A stretch of DNA of 64,000 bases, from positions 186,001-250,000 of the forward strand of contig NMRA01000272.1 in assembly GCA_002633005.1 (NCBI GenBank), given 5' to 3'. A program made the translations under genes and the position numbers. Positions 27,601 through 37,400 of the stretch are shown piece by piece. Source of the stretch: Phoronis australis. Taxonomy: Eukaryota; Animalia; Phoronida. The notes beneath the pieces are model-generated. The model did not search any database. It was given only the letters and a program-made list of their open reading frames with translations, and was not told the origin of the DNA. Position 1 is the stretch's first letter. Every line of letters begins with the position of its first letter.

Positions 27601-28538
27601 ACCAGCTAGGTACAACCAGAGGCCTGAATGAAATTGTTTCAAGAAGATTGTTTAAAGTTCCCATTGATTTAACAGTATGATTGTGTATTTGGGTCGTTGC
27701 AGCCTAATCCCCTCTTAGTTATAAAATACTTGTCTGACTAACTGACTAGAGGTAATTGAGAAATCATGTGTACTGTGTAAAGTATACATGGTTTGTTATA
27801 GTTTTAGTTTACTAGGTTGATTTTCCTGCACACCTCAATTTTTTAAAATTAACTTCGGACAATTAATCCAAACTCTTTATCAAAAGTATCATGTCAACAT
27901 CAGACTAAAAACACATTCAAGGGTGTTATATGTTTTTTCAGGTGGAATCGGGTCACCAGTGGTATATACAGGTGCTGTACATCATTGGACCTGCGGACTC
28001 CTTACACAGTTACCAGCTACAGGGGCCACGAGTGAAGAGAGATGTAGTTAATAGTCTTGATGACAGTCTGATCACTGGACAGTGGCTGGATAGCAAAGTG
28101 TCACGCAATGGCACTAATATTAAGTTCATTGAATTAGATTTGAAAGAAGTCTCCACTCAGGTAAAATCGGGCGAGTCTAAACAGGAAAAGCTGAACCTTG
28201 TGGCTATCGTGGCTCCATCTGTTGTTGGATTTGTTGTACTAGTGTCTGTAATTGTTGGTGCAGTGTTATATGTGAAGCTACAGCGAATCAAATCTCAAAA
28301 CAATGCTCAACCAAATAGCTCAAATATGACGTCGTGCGAAAATAACTCTAAGGCTGACAACCTGGGTAATTTTTATGCAGAGCTTAGGAAACAAAACACA
28401 ACAAGTTTAAAAAATGTAAATTCTGCAAATCTTTCTTCTTCATACTCCAATGTTAAATTCAGCAGTAAAAGTGGGACAAAACAAAGTAAGCTGCATATAG
28501 TCCACAATGAATTAAATGACCTTGGCACAGAGGTCTGA
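686..28538 (+). CDS. FRAS1: FRAS1 extracellular matrix organizing protein, C-terminal ~2340 aa (5' end lies outside the window), 31 exons
   Basis: Exons with GT-AG borders and consistent phases: 686-892, 1387-1567, 1810-1972, 2177-2309, 3140-3327, 3633-3786, 4201-4283, 5384-5564, 6209-6397, 10271-10390, 10956-11135, 11796-12307, 13156-13399, 13946-14172, 15065-15163, 15468-15633, 16420-16670, 17367-17490, 18194-18405, 18898-19045, 19752-19957, 20629-20785, 21889-22089, 22581-22852, 23447-24494, 24796-24956, 25496-25602, 25746-25906, 26415-26507, 27316-27575, 27942-28538. CSPG/cadherin-like repeats (YxHDGS, DxFxFxVxDG, PVND) to ~14080, five Calx-beta domains to ~22740, FRAS1-type C-terminal region (VESGHQWYIQVLYIIGP, GNDGYVPTYDPTG), TM helix and ending GTEV as in vertebrate FRAS1. 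Confidence 0.93.
4470..5037. mobile_element. PIF/Harbinger-type MITE
   Basis: TIRs GGGCTGTTCCAGTAAAATC... / ...GATTTTACTGGAACAGCCC, TTA target duplication on both sides (4467-4469, 5038-5040), subterminal AAAATTTAYGGGTGGT-like repeats. Confidence 0.85.
7297..7462. mobile_element. ~170-bp MITE, family shared with 38796-38958
   Basis: Imperfect TIRs; GTGCCATGCCATTGGTCAATTTTGAGTCGAATTTTGAGTAC is the reverse complement of sequence at ~38815-38858. Confidence 0.6.
14426..14569. repeat. Degenerate minisatellite, ~35-bp unit x4
   Basis: GGCCATATTCAATCGACCACAAGTTGCCCCCTCAGA-like units in tandem. Confidence 0.75.
17540..17736. mobile_element. Degenerate MITE-like inverted repeat
   Basis: CTCTCTGTTACAAGCAAAA... 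and ...TTTTGTTTGTAACAATGGGAG are imperfect inverted ends. Confidence 0.4.
19927..20109 (+). repeat. 35-bp tandem repeat x5 spanning a FRAS1 exon end and its donor
   Basis: Unit GTCTCGCATTGTGTTCATGCCTGGTGAAAAGGTGA starting at 19927, 19962, 19997, 20032, 20067. Confidence 0.95.
20714..21106 (+). repeat. Old degenerate ~100-110-bp tandem copies of a FRAS1 exon end plus donor
   Basis: ACTGTCCTGCACAGCTGGGC (exon) recurs as ACTGTCCTGCACAACTGGGC (~20937); GACAGTAAGTGTAGTTAGATGGGGAGA recurs as GACAGTAAGGACAGTTAGAAGGGGAGA (~20898). Confidence 0.7.
26502..26576 (+). repeat. 25-bp tandem repeat x3 containing a FRAS1 donor
   Basis: GTACAG|GTATGTACTGGCAGTGGCA, GTAGAGGTATGTACTGGCAGTAGCA, GTACAGGTATATACTGGCAGTAGCA. 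Confidence 0.85.
28197..28274 (+). other. FRAS1: FRAS1 transmembrane helix coding segment
   Basis: LVAIVAPSVVGFVVLVSVIVGAVLYV followed by basic KLQRIK in the last exon. Confidence 0.85.
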
Positions 28539-28638
28539 TTTATGTTGTTTGTGTGTCTGTCTTCTGTGTTTTATTTATTTTCATCACTGCCATGGTTTTG
28601 ATAGGAATGTTTTGTTATGGAGATTTTAATGATTTAGA

Positions 28639-28661
28639 ATATATATATATATATATATATA
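28639..28661. repeat. (AT)n microsatellite in the FRAS1 3'UTR
   Basis: About 11 AT units 100 bp after the stop. Confidence 0.9.
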
Positions 28662-29478
28662 ATGTGTGAGCACTTTGCACTGCTCAAGTTAACATACCAC
28701 ACTTTTGCTTTAATGAGAGTTCTGGTATTAGGATTTTGTACAATTACAGTAAAATGTCACCAATTTTGAATTTTGTTGTGAATGGCCACAATACCTTTGA
28801 AAATTGTTGGGTCGTAGTTTTAATATAGAACATACGAATGACAACATTTGTTTGATGTTTCTTATCTTTTATGAAAAAAGTGAAAGAAAATGTCTTCTAT
28901 CTGCCATATTGTCCTAAATTTGTGAAGTTCTACCATATTCACTTGACAGCTTGTTTTGTTCTTTGATATCTGCCCTCTAGTGAAAGTGAGAAGCAAGCAA
29001 GTCTTTTAACATGTTTTTTCTTCCTTGTACAGTCCAAACGTGGAATATAGAAGGTGCCCGACACACCACACTCGTTCTCAGAACATCTGTGCCCATCTGA
29101 GCTTCCTATTGAAACAGGATGGTAATTAGTGAAATTGGGCGACTTTGACCAAAAATATGCTATGGGCCCCATGGCCTTCTTTGCATTCTTACGGGGAGTA
29201 TACTCAGTCCTTCCAGGTTTTATTCAATTCCCATTCAGTTTGAGCCAGTTGTGTCAAAATTCTTGAGAACGCAGAGATGTGGACGGAAGTCAGAAAACCT
29301 GTTCTGATCATTCAGTCAGGCACATTATGTATGAAGGTTACTTGTGTGGTACAAAAGTGTGTCCTGTACATTTTCTAACCTTCAACTTGTGGTACACATT
29401 CAGTCGTGGACTAATGGAGGTCATTTTGCTAACCTTTGAAATAAGCATTAAAGAAACTGACATTTAATTGGTGGCCAT

Positions 29479-29713
29479 GGGCCTGTTCCAACAAAACTGA
29501 CTTAGCCAAGACAAATCTTAAATTTTAGTAAATTTTAAGATAAAACTTAAATTTGTCTCAAGACCATTTCAAGCAAGAGATCTTAAGTTTTTGATTCAAG
29601 TTTTGTCTAAAATTTGACTATTTTACCATATATCAAAGTTACAAAGTTTGGAAGTTAAGACAAATCTTAGACTTAAATCAAAAATGAACTTAAGTCAGTT
29701 TCTTGGAATGGGC
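29479..29713. mobile_element. ~235-bp MITE
   Basis: GGCCTGTTCCAACAAAACTGACTTA ... TAAGTCAGTTTCTTGGAATGGGCC inverted ends; internal AAGACAAATCTTA repeats. Confidence 0.65.
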
Positions 29714-31302
29714 CACATATCTGTAGCTTGTCTACAATTTTGATGTTGTAGCTGTTGAAGCCACATGCAGCGCCACCTGTGTTTTGGTCCTTATTTTTTG
29801 GGCTTATACCTTTGATTTCTTATTATGACAAGTAAGCATTCTTTATTACACATTATAGCATCATGTACCAAATAGACTTAGATTGCTTTAATTGTACGAT
29901 TCAATTCTGTGAGCTTTACTTGGAAAAGTTTTGACTTTTGCTTAACCTAGTTAATGCTGCAAGGGTCTTTCAGCTGGAAATGGATAACTTTAAAACAGGC
30001 GGTTTATCAAAAAAAAATTCTTGTGTTTTGCACTAATTTAGCATCAATTTCAGCCTTTTCTCAAAATTGTGACATATCAGCAATATTCTTACAGCACTTA
30101 TTCTCGAGGTTGTTTAGATTAATTGACCGATATGCTTTTTAGTGTGTAGCATCGTTCTATTTACAGCATTCTTTTATATACATGTATATATGTATGTACT
30201 TTTACATAAAGGCAAAGTGAAAGGTTTTAAAAGCCTGTTAGATAATTAAGCTGTCTCAGGACTTGTTATTGCTTGGTAACGTATTTTAATATAATTGAAC
30301 ACGTTTCTCTGTAGTAGTAGTAGTAGTCTTATACCTTTCTTTGGCATTTTAAATTTCAGTTAACTTGTAATTTTGATAAACATCATTGAACCACACTATT
30401 GATATGCAGTTCATTTACTCAAAACATCTTTATAATAGCAATGTATAATTCACATCAAATCTAATCGCACAAAATGCCATTTACTGGTTAGTTCCAGGAA
30501 TGATGATCAGTAATGACCAGCCATAATGGCACTATCCTAAGTACACTAAAACTTTTCAACCTTTTTATCTTTTTGGTAAATTCTACATCACTCCCAATCA
30601 TGATGGACAGCCAGTACGATGGAGAGTTTCCCTCGTGCTCAGCTGCCACGACGGGGGAAATTTTGATCATTTTATCAAATTACTTTAAGCGTGCATTATA
30701 GCAGTATTTTGTCCTAGGGGTGACTTAATTCAGCTGTGCTTGTTAATTTGTTTCCAGTAAATGATTTACATATTTATGTGAACAATATTTGTGTATTTTT
30801 AATATTTTATTGAAACGTTTTTAGTTTGACATTAGCACTTGCCAATCTTAAGACAGTATTACCTCGGTACTCATAGAATGTAATGTTGTACTAATGTGAA
30901 CAAAGTTGGCGTTACCAAGTCGTGTTGTTGTTCTTGATAACCTTGGTATTACGGAGTCGTGCTGTTGTTATTGGTGACCCTCTATTGAATTGGTGCATAG
31001 CAGGAGGCTGACAAGATGTAAAGTGGAGCAATTTTAAATTGCCAGTGACACACTCAAGTCTAAAATCAATGGCACGTGCATTAATTGCAACATTTCTTAA
31101 TTCATAAAGAATTTGCATTCGAGTGGAGAATTTACCATGTATTTTGCAAATTTATCTTTATGGTTGATTTATGGAAATCATTTTCAGGATATACGTCTGT
31201 GGTGTCTGAAAACCGTGTCCTACCACACAAATGAAAAATGTGATTTACTTTTCACATCAACCTTCCAAGTTTGAAAAAAAAAACTAGCGTGGCAGAGCAT
31301 CT

Positions 31303-31308
31303 TTTATT
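31303..31308 (-). terminator. Candidate polyadenylation signal AATAAA of MAD1
   Basis: TTTATT on + strand about 93 nt past the MAD1 stop. Confidence 0.45.
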
Positions 31309-31400
31309 TACGCATCATTTCCACTACAAACCAAGGCACTCTGATACAAAAATGCTCCCTGACTCCATAATACTTCCATCATGTACATTTACATTGATTT

Positions 31401-34400
31401 CTAATCCAGCTGAATGGTCTGTCTGCTAAACAGATCTAAAGTAACATTACTGAGGAAACAAGGAATACTGTCGCGCTTCTTTAAATAAAGGTCCACGTGT
31501 GACGTTAAGGTAGAGGAGAAGTCTGTCTCCAACAACTGCATGTTACCAGTTTTTCCTTGCTGAAATAAATAATACAAAGGATATTTAATACTGACATGAT
31601 ACTGGTCAAATACAGTTACATGAAACAACTACAGATGCATAGCTACGAAGGAAACCTTGGACACCAATGTTTTGGGTTCGTGAACAGCTTTATTTTCTCA
31701 GTTTATTGAAAATTAAAACCACATGCAGCAACCACACGAGCTTCACTTCCATGTGTATTTGTTGTCCTTAATATATATGTTGAACTTGGCATTATTTATG
31801 TGCTTTTTGTTCATTCTAAATTGAATACTCATCTACATCACCCATTTTGTAGATAGAACTCGTGTTTCACTCGCGTAACTGAAGTGTTTCATATTTTTGG
31901 CTAATTCTATACAGACACAGCTTTACACAGAGACACCTGTATTTATACACCCTATACGACAGAGGTTTTGTAACAGTTAGTTTGCATCCCAAATTTGACA
32001 CAACATACAATGTGAGCCCAGTGGAGTTCACTCATTGCCTCTACGCCTTCATCCACAATCCAAAAGTTGATTTATTGCAGATCCATGCTTTCCATATCAA
32101 ATAATTAGTACGGTATGAGACTAAGCAGACTCTTCAGTACCGCCACCTATTGAACACCAAGTCTACAACAGAGCACTCGCCTGAAACAGCAGAACATCAT
32201 CAGGTGACTCAGCATACATGCTCATCAACTGGAACTGGTTGTTGGGCTTGATATTGATCTGATATCCCGTTAGCTGGTACACGGAACTTCTGAAGTCTTG
32301 ACTTGTCTTCTTGAAAGCCTCCATCAGTCGATTGTTCTTTATCTCGGCTGTTTCCAGCTGCTTTCTTAACTCTGTCAGAATAAAATGAGGAAACATAACA
32401 ATTAATTAAAATGAACAACTGAAATGATAACCAACAGCTCTCCATGACAAGATCCCATCTTGCTCAGCTTAACTGAGCCTTCAGTTGGTAGTAACGGTTA
32501 ATTTTGTCACTTTCTAACTAAAGGCCCTGTCACAACATTCTGGACAAGCCTTGCGAGCAACTTGCGAACAGCCGTTGTATTTGCCCGAAGCTCCCCTCAG
32601 ATGATTCGCACCTGGTAGTATCTTACTCACACGTGCTTGCAGATGCGCACGAAAGTCTGAGATGCCCGCAGCCAAGTTCTGAATGTGCTCAAAACCTCGT
32701 CCGGGTGAGCAGCACGAGTTTGCTCGCAGAGGTCCACAAAGAACACCAGGACGTGGCCCGTAGCGGCCGCAAGTCATAGGCAGTTTAGCCACTTGAAGAA
32801 AGTAGATTGACTGTGGACACGTGCGGGCAAGTGCAGGCAAGATCCATGCGAGATACTGCCAGGTCCAAGTCATCAGTGGGGACCTTCAGGCAAAAACAGT
32901 TGCTGTCTGCAAGTTGCTCCCAAGGCTACTCCGGAATGATGTGACAGCGCCTTAGACATTTTCCTACATCTTGCAAAATCCATGGCTGCACTAAAAACAC
33001 AAGGCTTGCCTGGAAGAATGTGACAGGGCATTTAGGTTGGGCCAACATGACTTAGTTGTTCGATGCAAAACCCATATACATGAAGTTGAACAAATATGAT
33101 GTTAGTGAAGCCAATAAAAGGTAAAAACTTGAAAATAACAGGAGCTCCATCACTTATGGACATAATCATGTTTGACATAATGACAAAGTGGAAGTAGTCT
33201 TCCCTAAGTATCATGACGAAGAGTAAGAAGTCATGTGTAAGTATCATGACAAAGTGGAAGTAGTCTTCTCTAAGTATCATGAACAAATGTGTCAATCTGA
33301 GTAATCACATTTTGGAGTTTTTGAAATAGACATGAAAGTGTAATTAGTATTAATTGCTACCTGGCTATTATTAAACACTCGAGAAAAAAAATTTAGGTAT
33401 TTTTCAAGTACAAACATAACAGCAAATTTTGTTCACACAAAAGGTACCTCAATTATGGTTTTTCTAATGGAAAAAGGTTTTTGAAATTAAATTAAGGTCA
33501 TTGCCTTATGTATCAACCATTGTTGTCTCTCAAACACTCTTCTCCACCATCACAAAAATACGAACACAACAGCAAATTTAGTTCACACAAAAGGTTCCTC
33601 AATTATCATTTTTTAATAGAAAATGGTTTTTGAAGTTAAATTAAGGTCATTGCCTTGCGTATCCACTGACGCTGTTTCTCGAACATTCTTTTCCACCATC
33701 ACCGTCAGATCGTCCACATTTCCCCCAGTTTCTTCCAGTAACTTCACTCGCTGCCTCAGTCTCTCATTTTCCTCTTTTAGAGTTTCTAACTCTTGAGCCT
33801 TGGCTTTCTGAGCTAAAGCTGCAGGATTGTGTGAAAAGTGTATGACTTTGGTGGTTGTGGGGTCATAGTCGCCCTGAAAGGAATCCGCATACGAGTCAAA
33901 ACTAGAATAATTTGAACGTTTTGAATTCCCAAGTCGGAATATATTCCAATAAAATGAGACTGTTTCTAAAGATTATTTTGGAGAGGTTGTCACAAACAAA
34001 TGACTTTCCAAACTATAAAATCTTTTTCCAAAGGAGAAATCTGTCTTCTGAATGCTAAAATCAATTAGTATTCAAACATCTAAATCAAGTCCCACACCTT
34101 TATGTGAGACTGGTGGCTTGGAAGAATGGATCTGCATTCGAAAGGCTGATTAATGATTAACAAGATGAGTCACTGGCTTGAGTAATTCAGCACGTATAAT
34201 GTAGTACAGGAAAAAAGTTAATTCAGTAGTTTGAACGGTGGTGCGATTGTCTTCCGTACGAAATCACCACAAATAGTAAGTAGCATTATTTAACAAATAA
34301 AGTTCACATAGCATAACAATGCACAGTGGAGGCTGTAATTTCAAATAACATATCAATGCACAATAGAATCCATTTTCGCTAAACATGAACTTCAAGATGA

Positions 34401-37400
34401 AATCCATCTGAAGTAACTTCACTTTACTCTCCTCCAGGTGCACCTATGCAAAGAAATAGGAATTCATCATAACGAAAAATATTTGTTTCAAATCACTTAA
34501 GAAGTCAAAAATGCTATACAATCTGACTAATCAGTCACCGAGAAAAGAAGAAAACTTAATAAAACACATGAGACTCAGCAAACATGAGAGTGATTCACCT
34601 CCAACAACACCAGCCCAAATATCTACCTGTAGATGGCGCTGCTCCAATCTGGCTTCCAGTACCTCTTTTTCACGCTGCACTGTCTCCAGGGACGACTCCA
34701 ATGTACAAATCTTTTCCCTTAAAATACACCATTGAACCAAAAGCTAGATTACTTACATAAGCATATGTCATGTTACTTATAACTGCAGTTCATTAGTCTA
34801 ACATAGGCTGTTAAGCATTATTGGGTAGATAATGGAAATATCTGATAGTACGGCTTAAAATTAGAACATGTCACCATTATCATTTTTAGACTACCAAATG
34901 TATGTCAAGGTGAATGTCTAAAATGCATTATAAACAGAAAAGGCTCGACAAAATGTTTGTACATTGTTGGAACATTTTGCATTGATGGATATACTTCAAG
35001 ACAAGTTTTGTTGAAAATCACCCAATATATCTAAGTCACCCCCCCTCAAGAGGTGTGGTGTGATCTACAAATACAAGTGTGGTGAGTGTACTGACAACTA
35101 TATCGGTGTGACGGGTCGCTAGTTATCGACCAGGGTTAAGGATCATCGTCACACCAACCTCAGACCCATTACTGCACTGCTATTCAAGAACATGCCAGGA
35201 ATCTACATCACCAGGTCTCTGATGAGGATTTCAGTGTATTATGCTTACATCCAGATAATTGGAAGCATAGGATAAGTCTGAACAGAGATCCTGGACTTGA
35301 CCTCCCTGTGGTATACTCAGACCTGCTATGGGATTCCCCTAGTATTTAGGAATTCCCATGTTGTTTTTATTGTTTTATTCCAAGAGAGAGGGTGCACCAA
35401 GTGGTGAACCAAGTCCGTGAGAAATGGATGAAATGACACTGACAACCTAAAGGTATGGCTTTTCGGTTCCAAAAAGATCTTTATTTACTATTATCATCGT
35501 TTAAATGGAATCCAGGAATATAAATAGCCATATCTCAATGTCTTCTACATCTCACAAAACCATATGTTTATGTTACCCTGTATTCTTTTAAGAAGCATAG
35601 AAATCACAGAAAATAAGATCATAATTGTGCCTAAAAAGCAAGTTTCTTGTTCTACAACAGGAATAACTTTCAAATAGACCAAATAATCCGTGAACACATT
35701 TGGAAACAATTCATGCAGTAGTAAATCTTACCTAAGGGAGAGAATAGTTTTATCATCAACTCTAGACAGGCTGTCCATTACTGTACTCAATGGTGCCTGC
35801 TTCTCCACCTTCAAAACAATACAAAATGGTTGACTAAAGCCCTACGCAAAGTTTATTAGGTCTGGTCAAAACCGCCAAGTTCAAACCAGAAAAAAAAACA
35901 AGATTACAGAGACGCATAATTTGCAAAAGCAACCATGTAAAATTAGGAAAGTTGACTTGCTGTATTTTACAAAGAAACCCTAAAGTGTACTTGGGATGAA
36001 AACAAAAGGTCTAAAGAGGATACTGTTTCAATGAGGCTTAATAAGGCTTTAAGCCAGTTTAAAAACAGCTCTCAACATGCAGTTAGTGCGCATTACCAGT
36101 AAGCATTAGCAGTACCCATTTAATCATTTGAATGAAAAACACTATAAACGTTTCCAATATCCGTACACAAGGAGGCCAACCAAAAAGAATGATCACTGTA
36201 ATAACGTGCATGCTCAATGCACTACATAAATACAAAAAATCTACTAGTAAATAATGCAGTTGTGTCTCCTGATTAAAATAAGCAGACATAATATGCAAGA
36301 ACCTCCTATACAGGCTCATTCAAAGACTAATTTTAGTGAGGGAGCACAGGTGCCTGCTGGTGAGAGACCACTTCAGTGCCTCATAATCGCCCTTTCACTT
36401 TCTGTCAATACCAACTTGTCAAACGCCATTTGTCACAACATCAGCCAAAACAGTTCTAGAGGGACAGTAGCATTTCAGTTCATGACAATCCAATACACGT
36501 TTAGCGAAATAAGAAGTACAGTGGATTTTTGTTACATTTCTCTAGTTGTCATGGTGCCTACACGGAGGGAATATGTCTGAGGTTTGTAAGACCTCACACT
36601 GGTTTTTCAGGTGCAGGGCTAAAGACCTAATGCGAGGTTGTCGAAACAAGACGGTGATTTTGTCTAACTTTTCTACTACCTATTCCCTTTGTGTGTCTAT
36701 AATGCTACAAATTATTGTGAAGCCAGTACCACAACAATGTTTGTTATGGCCGTGCAGACAACAAAATGCCAAGCTATCCATACCTCCAGACATTTGGCCT
36801 GACATGAGCTTAAGTCAGCAGTTAATCTCTGAATGTCAGTCTCTGCCTGCTCCAACTGTTGGCGGTAGGCCTGAATCACTTGCTCCTGCTGTTGAAGTCG
36901 CGAGTTAGTCTGAGAGTCCAGACTCACCGTCACCTCACTCTCATACGAGTCTATTATTCTTTTGTATCCATCCCGTTCCTTGGTGACCAGTAACAATCTC
37001 CGCTGCAGTCTCTTTATTAACTCTGCCTGCTGTTGGCTTTTTTGTTGTTCCTTTCTGCAGCTGACTTCCAATTCATTGTTTTGTTCGCTGGTCGATTTTA
37101 ATGACTGATCCACTGAGTGCAAGCTGAAGGACAAACATCAAAGTCAGTGGTACAAATTAAAATTTTAATCTCTTCATAGTAATTCAATTCCAAAAGTACT
37201 GAGATCCTAACCTGAGAGCAGGTCAAAACATTTCCAAAAATCTATGTCAAAGCCTACGAAATCTCAGAATCAAATTAGTGAAAACAATGATGATTATTCA
37301 TGAATAATTTTTTCCTTCAACAAAACAGGACAACTCGAGAAAGATTCTATTGCTTTTCTAAAAAAATTGCTGTACCTGGTCTGAAGGACGCCAACTCGTT

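Noticed and set aside
29080-29360. Possible further HINE-like remnant downstream of FRAS1
   Set aside because: Some typical phrases present but termini could not be defined.
30488-30701. Short ORFs in the FRAS1-MAD1 gap
   Set aside because: About 60 aa, no homology or splice signals recognised; probably UTR or intergenic.
32514-32873. 119-aa minus-strand ORF
   Set aside because: Lies wholly in a GC-rich MITE; no recognisable domain.
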